Part shown: one piece after another, positions 1 to 11,134 of the stretch
Numbering within the stretch: the stretch's first letter is position 1
Layout: each line of letters starts with the position of its first letter
The notes under the pieces: generated by a model
Database searches by the model: none
What the model saw: only the letters and a program-made list of their open reading frames with translations
Told to the model about the DNA's origin: nothing
Source of the DNA: Neoechinorhynchus agilis
Lineage: Eukaryota > Animalia > Acanthocephala
Assembly: GCA_051530055.1 (NCBI GenBank)
Contig: CM121342.1
Span: forward strand, 11,175,480 to 11,239,479
Direction: 5' to 3'
DNA: 64,000 bases
Program-made: the position numbers and the translations under genes

Positions 1-87
1 TTTCTCAGAAGAAGGTGAAATCTTCATAAAGCTTATCCAATTTTACTTCCTGACTTCTCATAGCATCATTGCAAATGCCAAGTCAAA

Positions 88-1062
88 TATGTCTTGCTTC
101 TTATACTCTTTATCCGAGGTATCACAATGCCCGGTGCCGTCAGCGGACTTAAATTCCTATTCAAGCCCGATTTCAGGAAGCTCTATCATTACCAAATATG
201 GAGCAGCGCTGCGGTACAGGTATTCTTTTCCCTCGGACCAGGATTTGGGGTATTAATAGCCTATGCAAGTTACTCGGACAACACGGAAAATCGTCAAAAC
301 CCAAAATTGTATTCAATAATCGTATCACTTATTAATGCCGCCACCTCACTACTTTGTGCACTGGTGGTCTATTCTGGACTTGGATATCTCTCACTCAAGA
401 AAAATGTAACAATGGACAGCTTCTCAGAGCACGGGCAGTCGCTTGTCTTCGTTGTATATCCTGAATTGATTGCTACAATTAAAGCTGCTCCTTTATTTTC
501 CTTCGTGTTTTTCGTGATGGTTTTCCTCTTAGGATTGGACAGTGTCTACGCCGGAATTGAAGGAATGCACGCCGCTATAGCAAGCGAATACCGCATTGCT
601 CAGGTTCATGAGTACATGTCCCGTTTCTGTCTAATCGCTCTTTGCTTTGTCCTTTCGATTCCATCTATTACAGCAGGAGGAAAATACGTAATCGATTTTA
701 TGGATACGTACGGCGTTTCACCTTCCATCATGTTCGTAGTATTTCTTGAAGTTTGCACTGTATCTTACGTTTATGGAACTAAAAAATTTCAGAACAAAAT
801 CGAAAGCATTCTTGGTGAGGATGCCCGTCCAGGATGCCTATTCGTTTTTGCATGGAAATACATAGTGCCTTCCATTGTAGCTTGTCTTTATTTCCTCAGT
901 TTCGCTTATTTCGATCTGCCCGACGATATCTTCGGACCAAGGGATGTGACCGAGAGAACGAAAAAGATCGGATATGCTCTAAACTGCTGCACACTTCTAC
1001 CAATTCCGATTTATGCACTACTGAAGCTGGCCAAGATTAAGAAAAAAAACGTGAAAAAATAG
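88..1062 (+). CDS. SLC6 sodium:neurotransmitter/amino-acid symporter, 3' part (5' exons outside the window)
   Basis: ORF has RGITMPGA, WSSAAVQVFFSLGPGFG, IAYASY, LGLDSVYAG and multiple TM segments typical of SLC6 TM5-TM12. Confidence 0.9.
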   Translation, partial: YVLLLILFIRGITMPGAVSGLKFLFKPDFRKLYHYQIWSSAAVQVFFSLGPGFGVLIAYASYSDNTENRQNPKLYSIIVSLINAATSLLCALVVYSGLGYLSLKKNVTMDSFSEHGQSLVFVVYPELIATIKAAPLFSFVFFVMVFLLGLDSVYAGIEGMHAAIASEYRIAQVHEYMSRFCLIALCFVLSIPSITAGGKYVIDFMDTYGVSPSIMFVVFLEVCTVSYVYGTKKFQNKIESILGEDARPGCLFVFAWKYIVPSIVACLYFLSFAYFDLPDDIFGPRDVTERTKKIGYALNCCTLLPIPIYALLKLAKIKKKNVKK

Positions 1063-1739
1063 GACTAAATGTTGAGAATGAATGTTCTCAGGGTGTTAGT
1101 TGATATGCAGTCGCTAAGATGTTATACGAGCGATGAGGCGAAATTTTACACGACGATAATTTAAAAATATATTTCAAATTTGAATGTGAAGCGAATGTGT
1201 AGCCTGGGAAACTTTTGTGGAATCGAATACGTCAGAAACAAGAGCAGTATGCAAATGAAAATAAGCGTATTGAAATGAAGAAGTTGGGTTAGAAAATAAT
1301 TTGGTTAACAGGTCGTCCATCGAACGCAGTTCCCTGAATCAAGGTATCTTAATTTTAAAAGGTCCCAGTTCCGATTTGGATCACGAAATCCTAAGTTTTG
1401 GTAATATGGGTTTCGACTTTAATGTTCAACGTTCAATGCAGTGCACGATCTTCTTTGAACATCAAGAAAGAACCAAATGTCAATGAGAAATATCCCGACC
1501 GGACTAGAAAGTTCAAGTTTCTGTAATACAATTTTCTTTTTCAAATGATAGCAGTTCCTCAAATCTTAACATTTTTCGAACTCATTTTATTTCATCATGA
1601 TCTCTAATGGACGCCAATATGATATTGCTGATTCGGACATAGATGAACGGCGCTCTTGGAGCTTTTAAGTCTATTTAGCACCTTCTTGTAAAGGTAAAGA
1701 TTTTACCAAATTTAGGCCAAAGCAACGCAAAAACCAGAG

Positions 1740-3540
1740 TTATATTTTAACGCCAGACTGATAACGGACCTATTTTATAATTTTAAGCCTGATATTTGGA
1801 CATCCAAATGTTTATTTTAATGATTGACTCTTTTCAAGGTGGTTCATAGCATCGTTGTATTCAGGAGGCGCTGTGTTGGGCGTTTCCCTGGTGGCGATTC
1901 CATTAAAAAGTGGGGGATTTATGCCTTTGTAGGTCGATTTTAGAAGTAAGTTTTTGTATGAAATCGCCTAAAACAAAAAATGTCTTTGATAATCAAAATT
2001 TGGACACGGGTGTTGATATTAACGATTATGCAGAATATAGAATAGTTTCCGCTGGTGTCCAGTCCTTATTCACGAAAGTACAATTGGATTCAGCGATCAA
2101 TCTTTTCTACTTCAACGCAATGTAGAAGGATAATATTTCACCATACCTGAATGGAAGGAACTCTTATACATGTGCACGAGGAACTCGAATTTCAATTTCG
2201 AAGTTAAGAGCTACGATCAAGTTGATGGATCGTCCATGGGGAGTCCTCTTGCCCCAGTTCTCATCGAATTGTTCATGCGTGATTGGGAGGCTAAGTATGT
2301 TTTCAGCCTACCGGGTGTGAAATTCTGGCAGAGAAACGTTGGCGATACTTTTATCTTAGTCGATGAAACCACAGAACCGGAATACTTCTGCCGCATACTA
2401 AATTCCAAGCACGGCAACATTCAACGGACTGTCCAGTCGGCGAATGACAATGCGATCTGTTTTTGGACGTGTTGATAACGCACAAAGAGTGGAGTTAGCA
2501 ACCATTGTTACAGGAAGATTGGTATACCGACTGACATTGCCCTCCCTTTCATCACAATGACACCAATTAAGTATAAAATTGCCAGGATTTAAATCGCTGT
2601 TTGATCGTGCCTGCAACTATTGTTCCAACCTAGATTCCCTCAATATTGAGTTAGTTTCTTAGGAATATGCTCAAAAGAAAGGTACTATGGAAAAAAAGCA
2701 ATGCGCCAGGTGCTGAAACGAAGGGTGTTCATAGGTGCACCATTCGTCGACGATGAGTTATTCACTACAATTAACAATCTGATTAATGAAGCTGCGCCCT
2801 AAAACATAGATTGTTGTATATACAGCAGGAAAGCCCAACCGTTAAGCTCTGTTGTGAAGAAACAATATAAACATGAAGGCAAAGGTGTGGTTTACAGAAT
2901 TCCCTGCAGCAAATGCAGAAAATCATATGTAGGCCAAACAAACAATTTGGAAGGGAGAACCAAAGAACACAAATATGCTCTGAGGAGAATCACCGATACA
3001 TGTTTGGCGATACTTAATAAATTTGAGCAACAAGCCACGTCGTGGATATTGAAAGTTGTTCCAAGATAAAATAGAAAGTTACGGAGCTGCTTTTCGCGGG
3101 CCCTGTTTAATCGAAGAGCTCATCAAAACACATTTTACATTGAAAGTTGCGACGAATTTAAGGTCGATCTTGCGTTTCAGTCATCTTTTCAAATATAATA
3201 CGAACACTGCATCATATACCATCCATAAATTATGGAAGTCTTGAATTTTTAGTATATCCTCAATTACCTTGTGCTCATTGTGACGATGATGACGTGCCAT
3301 ACATAATAATTAATCGATGGCACGTGAGTGGGTGTGTTTGCGGCATTGCGTGTAGCGGAGCGTTGCTCATACAATATAAGCTGATCAAAATATGATACTC
3401 ATCAAACGTCCGCTCAATTATTTACGATTCAAAAAGACTAGTTGATGCGCTTAAGCTGTGAAATATCGCTGTTTTCATCCAAACTGATGATGAACCGGAC
3501 GAAGCTCGTAGAGAACGTCTTTAATAAACTCTAGGGTGAA
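1740..3540 (+). mobile_element. Decayed Penelope-like retroelement (RT plus GIY-YIG endonuclease)
   Basis: GSSMGSPLAPVL and WQRNVGDTF (degenerate RYVDDTF) at 2170-2475; GVVYRIPCSKCRKSYVGQT GIY-YIG at 2854-3069; many stops and frameshifts; AATAAA near 3525. Confidence 0.8.
3484..3523 (+). ncRNA. Possible degenerate minimal hammerhead ribozyme in the Penelope terminal repeat
   Basis: CTGATGA..GAAG..GTC followed by AATAAA, at the position where PLE hammerheads are known; GAAA is replaced by GAAG and the stems are weak. Confidence 0.25.
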
Positions 3541-3856
3541 GACTTCTAAATAATAATTCTCCAATCATATACTATACGGTACCTGCTCGCGTAACGACAT
3601 TTTAAACATAATTTTGTTCAATTATTGCTTCAATTGAAAAAGAAACAGCGATCCAGCATCGAAAACCAAACTGCAGAATCGAGTAAACCCTTAAAAATAA
3701 CAAGGAAGACAGAACAAACAACTTTTCACACTGAATACAATTACCACCATTTAATGTCGAAATTTCTAATAGCATAATTTCTTATTCTCAGCGCGATTTT
3801 AAAAGAATTTCCATTTCAACGTGATTTCGTTAAAAATAAGTGTTTGTTTTCGAGAA

Positions 3857-4915
3857 ATGGTTCTTTTAACGATGATTGGAAGGGTATCGGATGGATTGGT
3901 CTTGACCTCGTCGGTTCAATCCAATCTTACGATTGGGGTTCGTAGCGTCTGTCGTCAACTAAATCACTGTGATTGGATTTTAGGGAACGCAATCGGACTC
4001 AAGAGTATTAGGACAGTATCAAAACGAAGCTAAACAAATTCTTAGAAGAATTGGAGGAAATGTTCCTATACGCGCTTGCATTGAGTCAAAAGATTGTCGA
4101 TTTTAGTAAGTTTTCCCGGGATTAATAGAAAATCGTTTAATGCCGGCAAAATGCAGCTATCAAATCGAACAATCGATCTGTTCAATCGCTTTAAAGCAAT
4201 AACGTTCAGATTCTCTAAGCTACTTGTCTCTTTCGCTCGTTTTTAGAACGGCATGAACACTTTTTACAGTGTGCCGAAAAAACCTTCATAGCTTTACAAA
4301 ATTGAATCGGTTTATTGGCCAGTTCGTTCCAATATCCAATTCTTAATTGAAGAACTTGTATAATCGGTAGTTTTGACACAAATCTCGATGCGTTTCTAAG
4401 AGAATCTGGATCATTGCTAAATGTGATCGTGATTTCCCATCACGCCTTGCGTTTAATTTCCTTCAAGATGTGGGGCAGCAGTTTTTATCCGAATACCAAA
4501 ATTCGATTCAACTTGCTCAACGACCGTATGCATTCATTGAATTCGGTTTGTCGTTTATTAAACTGTTCTTCAACTTTATGTGCCATTAGATAACTACATT
4601 CAAAGAGCTCAGAAACGAAGCAATGAACAGGCTAAAGAAATCTCAGCCGCTGGTGGTGGTGGTTCTCGGATCGGAATGCTCAATAATGAACTTCATGAAG
4701 TCCAAAGGATTATGGTCACTAACATTGAAGAAGTTTTAGGTCGAGGAGAAGCACTTAATGCATTGAACAGCAAAGCTACAGTCTTAAGTACAATGTCACA
4801 TCGGTATAAATCGGACGCGAAGGATTTGAACCGCGCTCAGACGTTTGCAAAAGTAGTTGCTATCGTTATCTTCATAGTGGCACTTCTATTCTTCCTCAAA
4901 TATTTTCTCTTCTAA
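3857..4915 (+). CDS. SEC22B: Vesicle-trafficking longin R-SNARE SEC22B, multi-exon
   Basis: MVLLTMIGRVSDGL start, QYQNEAKQILRR, RPYAFIEF, ELHEVQRIMVTNIEEVLGRGEAL SNARE motif and C-terminal TM. Three canonical introns (including 4106-4156) plus one non-canonical junction at about 4175-4402. Confidence 0.92.
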
Positions 4916-5584
4916 TACAGACTCGCATGTGACAATATAAAAAACGATGCCTCTTTTTCAACATGGATACTAGTTTGTTGGACCTCTATAACTCGTCTTC
5001 ACTCATCAAGACTAATAACTAACAACTTAAGTAAAAAGTTTGCATTTCTTAGTTTGATTTCTGTCTCCGTTCCTGCAACCAATTTACAGGTAATTAATTT
5101 TCTCTTTATCTTTATCCACGTAACTAAAAGTCGAAGAAATATGCCGCGTCATAAAATGCTAGCACATACGAGCCTACAATTTTTCTAAACAAATGAATTA
5201 TTTTTATATGATAATGATAGTTCCAATGAAGCACTACCGGCGATGCATTCAAACGGTACGGATACTCGTTCTTATTTCTTTCCTTCGTTCGCTGTGTGTC
5301 TTAAAATAACATTTTGATATCATGTCCATTTTTCATAATTGACCACGGGACACTAAGCGTTTGAGCTTTTAGGTTTTAAAGATCTATTAGGCGGATAACT
5401 ATAAACAATTTAATAGTTCTTTTATATTTTCCACTTCGAACCCAGTCCTCCAAATGTTCACACAAGCTTACGAGAAACGGATGTTTTAACTGGCATGATT
5501 TTTAAGATTATTGTTATATTAGTGTTAAGCTTTAAAACACATTAAATGTCATTCAAGAATTGGAACTAAGGGATGAGTCTTGAC

Positions 5585-6900
5585 CAGTGTTTCTCAAATT
5601 GCAGATGTACCACTGAAGTTTCTATGAATATTTGAAATTTATAGTTTCAGAACGCTACACGATTAAATTGAGAAATACGCTAGCAAGAATGCAACTGCGA
5701 AGACGTTAAAAAAACAAGGAAAAACACAGAAGATTACATCGATCATGGTTTCCTATCTTCGGGACCTGAAGATGCTCCATTTTGTATGATCTGCAATTCA
5801 GCTCTGTCGAATAAGGCATTTGTTCCAAGCAAATCGAAGAGACACTTGGAAACAAAACATCCAGCTGTAAAAGCGCAAGCGAAGGAATACTTCAGAAGCA
5901 TCAGGGCTCAAAACAATAAACAAGCTAAGAAACCAAGTTATAAGATTGCTCATTTGTTATCAAAATGCAAGAAAGCGAATACAGAGGTCGAATCAGTCAT
6001 TGCACAAACTTTAGCAATAACTCTTGAAACTATCTTTGGACTTGATGCTGCCGAAAAAGCTTAAAGGTTCCTTTGTCAAATGATACTATCTCACCCAGAA
6101 TTGAATACCTATCGTCAGATTTACAGTATCAAATCTGCGAGCACTTTTAAATTCTTGGAGATGAAGTGTCTCTTTTGTGTTTTTTCAAGTGATGGATAAA
6201 CGGACATTTGCGGCAAAGCCCAACTGCTAGGTTTTATTCGGATTCTAAAGGATGCAAAATAGTCAACGAATTCTTATTTTGCAAAGACTTACAAATTACG
6301 ACCAAAGGCGAAGATATTGTCAATGTGGAGAACGAATACATTTTGCTCCTCAAACAACAGTGGAAAAGGGTGTTAGAGTTTGCACCGATGGATGTCCTTC
6401 CATGCAGGGAAATAAAAAGAATTTGTCACTCTCTTTGGTCTAGAAACTCCAAATGTATTAGTTCACCGCATGATCCACAGAGAAGCTCTTGCCCTCAAGT
6501 CATTGCCTCAATTCTGTGAAGCCATGGATTTAGACTACAAAATCCTCCTGTATCACACCAGCATTCGTTGGCTCCCCATGGGAAAAGTGCTAAAGCGTGT
6601 CGTCCAACTCAATACTGAGGTGATTACGCTCAACAAAAGGACTTTGGATATTCTATTCATGACGAGATCTGGTTGATTAAGCTGAAATTTCTCACTGATT
6701 TATTTAACAAATTAAATTCATTGAATTTAAGTCTTCAAAGACCATCGGAAAACAACCACTGCATCCTCCAAACTGAAGTCATTTAGTGAAAAATCGTCGT
6801 TGTGCCAAATTAAGATCTCGAAAGGAATTTTGACTGCTTTACTACCTACAATGAATGTACTTCAAATCAAGAAACCACCCTCAAAAATCTGTAAACTTTA
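5585..6900 (+). mobile_element. Decayed hAT (Buster/Charlie/ZBED8-like) DNA transposon
   Basis: Left TIR CAGTGTTTCTCAAA at 5585, BED finger CMICNSALSNKAFVPSKSKRHLETKH, EFLFC, CTDGCPSM, HCMIHREAL, HTSIRWL. Right end not found. Confidence 0.8.
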
Positions 6901-7175
6901 GCACACCTGCAGTTATCATGTGATGAATAGGTTACTTAGGAGAGTGTCATAAATGCAAAGTAGGGAATCCGTTACCCAAAATTTGGGCAGGAATCCGAAC
7001 TTTAGAGGCGATAATTTGTTCCCGCCCAAGTGTCAATCATGCGGCTGGAAAAATCGAAAAAATAAGGATTTTGAAAAATTGCCTTAAAATCGAATCTCAC
7101 GTAAAAAACTGTTCCCTTTCTCTCAAACCGAAAATACTGAAGCTGTTAATAAAGAGTTGTTTGGAATATTCCGAT

Positions 7176-7979
7176 TCACAATCGAAGTCCGGCATCCAGA
7201 CGAATGTTTGTACCATTAAGGTAATTATTTTCTATAATGCTTTTCACCAAACCAGCAAACTCACAAGGAGCTCCTTGTCTTTTCGGAAATGCCATATGAG
7301 AGCAAAGAAACTTCATTTTACAATCCGCTTGACATTGAACCATGGGTGTATTCATTACTCCGGGTGCAATGGCGCATACTCTTATTCCATAAGAGCTCAA
7401 TTCCCTGGCCAATGGAAGTGTCATTGCGCTTACAGCTCCTTTACTTGCCGAATATCCACATTGGAACATTTGTCCGTCAGTAGCGGATATACTACTCACA
7501 TTAATAATAATTCCTTTTGATCCATCTACATCAAGAGGCTCACTTGCAATCAATAGAGGACAACTGAAACGGATAATATTGAATGTACCGACAACATTGA
7601 CATCCAACACTTTCTTAAAGCTCTGAAGCGAATGTAGTCTAAAAATGTCGTCTTTATTAAATATAGGTTCCGCTAAGCTAATGCCGGCGCAGTTTACTAC
7701 GACGTTCAAATGGCCGAATCTTGTCTTGATTTCAAAACAATTGTCCACTGCGCGTAGATTACGTAGCGGGAAATTGTTCCTATTGAACGCCGCCTTTACG
7801 GATTCTTCACTCGCAACATCAGTTACACAATATAAGATCCGATCTTGGAAGCTCGAAAAGACTGCAGGAATCTCAGGAAAAATATCCAAAAGTGCCACTT
7901 TATTTTCTTTGACATCAAGGAGCATCCTTGCTGCCTCTAAACCGAGACCGGATGCAGCGCCAGTTACTAAACAATTCAT
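7176..7979 (-). CDS. HSD17B10: 3-hydroxyacyl-CoA dehydrogenase type 2 (SDR), tandem copy 1
   Basis: TGAASGLG, VNCAGI, IINVSS, DGQ..Q..YSASKG, TLPLARELS.YGIRV..IAPG, LNGTNIRLDAGLRL. Confidence 0.9.
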   Translation of the reverse strand: MNCLVTGAASGLGLEAARMLLDVKENKVALLDIFPEIPAVFSSFQDRILYCVTDVASEESVKAAFNRNNFPLRNLRAVDNCFEIKTRFGHLNVVVNCAGISLAEPIFNKDDIFRLHSLQSFKKVLDVNVVGTFNIIRFSCPLLIASEPLDVDGSKGIIINVSSISATDGQMFQCGYSASKGAVSAMTLPLARELSSYGIRVCAIAPGVMNTPMVQCQADCKMKFLCSHMAFPKRQGAPCEFAGLVKSIIENNYLNGTNIRLDAGLRL

Positions 7980-8154
7980 TTTCTTAAACTCAACCGTCTT
8001 GATTTACTCCTAAAGGAAGAATGAGTGACGAAGGAGAACGTTATTTGAGCTCGCTTTAGTGAGTCAATGTTACCTCTTGTAAAAAACTGTTGCCCTCTCT
8101 CTCGAACTGAAAGTCGTGAACATGTTGATAAAAGGTTGTTTAAAACATTCCGAT

Positions 8155-8958
8155 TCACAATCTAAGTCCAGCATCCAGACGAATGTTTGTACCATTAAGG
8201 TATTTATTTTCTAGAATGCTCTTCACCAAACTAGCAAACTCACAAGCAGCTCCTGGTCTTTTCGGAAACGCCATTTGAGAACAAAGAAAATTTAATTTAC
8301 TTGCCGCTTGACATTCAACCATGGGTGAGCTTACTACTCCGGGTGCAATGGCGCATACTCTTATTCCATAAGAGCTCAATTCCCTGGCCAATGGAAGTGT
8401 CATTGCGCTTACAGCTCCTTTACTTGCCGAATATCCACATTGGAACATTTGTCCGTCAGTAGCGGATACACTACTCACATTAATAATAATTCCCTTTGAT
8501 CCATCTACATCAAGAGGCTCACTTGCAATCAATAGAGGACAACTGAAACGGATAATATTGAATGTACCGACAACGTTGACATCCAACACCTTCTTAAAGC
8601 TCTGAAGCGAATGTAGTCTAAAAATGTCGTCTTTATTAAATATAGGTTCCACCAAACTAATGCCGGCGCAGTTTACTACGACGTTCAAATGACCGAATCT
8701 GTTTTTGATTTCAAAACAATTGTCCACTGCGCGTAGACTACGTAGCGGAAAATTGTTCCTATTGAACGCCGCCTTTACAGATTCTTCACTCGCAACATCA
8801 GTTACACAATATAGTATCCTATCTTGGAAGCTCGAAAAGACTGGAGGAATCTCAGGAAAAATATCCAAAAGTGCCACTTTATTTTCTTTGACATCAAGGA
8901 GCATCCTTGCTGTCTCTATACCGAGACCGGATGCAGCGCCAGTTACTAAACAATTCAT
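8155..8958 (-). CDS. HSD17B10: 3-hydroxyacyl-CoA dehydrogenase type 2 (SDR), tandem copy 2
   Basis: Same motifs, offset 979 bp from copy 1, near-identical core. Confidence 0.9.
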   Translation of the reverse strand: MNCLVTGAASGLGIETARMLLDVKENKVALLDIFPEIPPVFSSFQDRILYCVTDVASEESVKAAFNRNNFPLRSLRAVDNCFEIKNRFGHLNVVVNCAGISLVEPIFNKDDIFRLHSLQSFKKVLDVNVVGTFNIIRFSCPLLIASEPLDVDGSKGIIINVSSVSATDGQMFQCGYSASKGAVSAMTLPLARELSSYGIRVCAIAPGVVSSPMVECQAASKLNFLCSQMAFPKRPGAACEFASLVKSILENKYLNGTNIRLDAGLRL

Positions 8959-9478
8959 TATCTATAATTAAGCCCTTTAATTTGACAGAGAGGTTATATT
9001 CTTTTTTATCCCATGAAAAATTAGCAATAGATCTTACAGGGAATAGTTTAGAAGCCCTAGTTTGATTTTAAATTTCATAGCACAGCATGTGTACTACAAA
9101 ATGGAATTGTAGTGAACAAAAGCTTGTACTTCACTTTCCCTACAAACGTATGATCTGCACGGCTTTTGTTTGTTATGAAGAAAACTTCCTTCTTTATAAG
9201 TGTGCAAAGTGTAGAACAAGCTCACTCTTCTGGTTGGAGCAACGGAAATAGCCTACTTCTAGCTCACACTCGCAATTGCTACATGACTTTAGGCTGTTGC
9301 GTTAGGCAGCAATGGCGGAAATTAGCGTTCTGTCTTTTATAGCGGCTACACAAGATGCTTGTAATATGAGGCTTATTTGGAATGTCACACTGATGTATAG
9401 TAGCTCCATAAGTCACCTAAAGTGATTGACAATAAAATTCTCTAATAGCGCTCTAGAGGGAATGTAAAGCATAATTAA

Positions 9479-9715
9479 AGTATGTGAAAGTGGGGGAAAA
9501 TTATACATCCAAGAATCACTTTAATTGAAATATTTCATCCAATCACGTTGGACTTGTTCAGTCAATTATTGTTTGTTAGTAATAGACGTTCGTTTAACGC
9601 TCGTCTATTACTAAAAAACAATAATTGACTGAGGAAGTCCAGCGTGATTGGACGAAATATTTCAATTAAAGTGATTCTTGGATATATAATTTCCCCCCCC
9701 CCACTTCCACATACT
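9479..9715. repeat. Imperfect ~240-bp palindrome (foldback/MITE-like)
   Basis: AGTATGTGAAAGTGGGGG...TAATAGACG / CGTCTATTA...CCCCCACTTCCACATACT with a 13-nt loop; no TSD seen. Confidence 0.85.
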
Positions 9716-10579
9716 CATGGATTTTATCTTTAACCATAATGAAAGTACAATCTTTACGATGCTCCGAGTTTCTGAAATGTTTTTCTGACTTTAATTTCGT
9801 CTTGTTTCTCAAAAAATGTTATTTTATATTATGGCACTTGTACTAGCAATTTTAACAAATTATAGTCCAAAGCCACAAATTTTCTATGGAAAGAGATCGA
9901 TTTTGGAAATCAAGATCGTAGTCCTCTTCATAGTTGTTAATGAAATATATAAACTTTACATCTATATTCTTAAATCCTATCCTCAGATTATGAATAAGTA
10001 TATTTTTACGCGAGGACACTTCGATCGCTTCCTTCTAGAAAGCAATTATATACAACGATAGTCGATAAGGTAGATACTAAAAACGCAAAACCTATAAAAA
10101 TGGTTGTTTGCACATCCTGCATGCCTGGCAAATGGAAATGAGGATATCGGGCTAAAGACCTTGTTATGACTGGACTTTTATCTTACGAAGATGCGTGATG
10201 TCTTCGAGAAAATGTCACACTTGCATGCTTACAAGGCTTTCTACATAACATTTTCACTTGTCCTAAAATCCAGCAAGATAACGCAGCGTTTGTTAGACAA
10301 AATCATAAAACATGAGATGATTGCAAGTTCGAATATTGCATTGCCCTCATATGACAGGCAAAATTGTAGGTCGCCTTGTTAATATTTTCAGCAGTTGTTC
10401 AATTGAATTTTGGTTAGCACACGTTTCCATTAGGCAAACTTTTATTTAGACAATCTCGTCCATCGATATCAACAAGACCGTACAGAACTTCGTTTTAATA
10501 TTTCCACTTGAACAACCCAAATTAAGCGGTTATTCTTAAAAATTAAAAAGATTCAACGTCCTTTCCTGTAATAAATGAT

Positions 10580-11130
10580 TAGATATGTTGATTTGTCCAG
10601 AATGCATAAGCGCAAAAATAATAATTTGGGTGATGTGATTTGGAAACTCGGGGTAGGATGTGGGGTTCCAGGAGATTGAGGGAATCAGCATTCAGGTAAG
10701 GTTTGTGATTGGTGCAGAAATCTTTTAGGTGTGTGATTTTTTGGAGGTTAATGAGAGAGAGGTGGGATGGTGAATGGGTGATGAGCGTGACATCGTCGGC
10801 ATATAAGAAAAGTTTAGAGTGGGCAAGCGAATTTTAAATTCGATTAGGAAAATATTAAAGAGAAGTGGTGACAGCATAGCACCGCAGTGAATGTATTGTT
10901 GAAGATTGTGAAGATAACATTCGAGCCAGCGGATCTGCCACAAGTTGAGACCACAATCGGAGCCGGCTCGGAGGAGTGAATGGTCCACGGAATCGAATGC
11001 TTTCGATAAATCAAGTTGAATGAGACGGGCGACATGGGAGGAATTAATGTCGAGATTGTGTAGGAGCGTGTCATAAATGCCAAGTAGGGTTTTATATCCT
11101 TATATTCGCTAAGCTGGCTCATCAGCAGTC
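10580..11130 (-). mobile_element. L2/CR1-like LINE reverse transcriptase fragment
   Basis: LSPLLFNIF and YADD (tatgccgacgat) motifs on the minus strand, frameshifted. Confidence 0.6.
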
Positions 11131-11134
11131 TAAC

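Noticed and set aside
1-93. SLC6 5' edge looks scrambled (VKSS*...FTS, MP then 7 nt then YVLL)
   Set aside because: At the window edge with no upstream context; cannot separate intron, decay and error.
6985-7030. GGGCAGGAA/TTCCCGCCC short inverted repeat (similar 9-bp one near 3292-3325)
   Set aside because: Too short to exceed chance in 64 kb.
7645-8971. Plus-strand ORFs antisense to HSD17B10 (similar cases over ZIP, YME1L1 and FoxP)
   Set aside because: Shadow frames of real coding strands; no motifs or independent signals.
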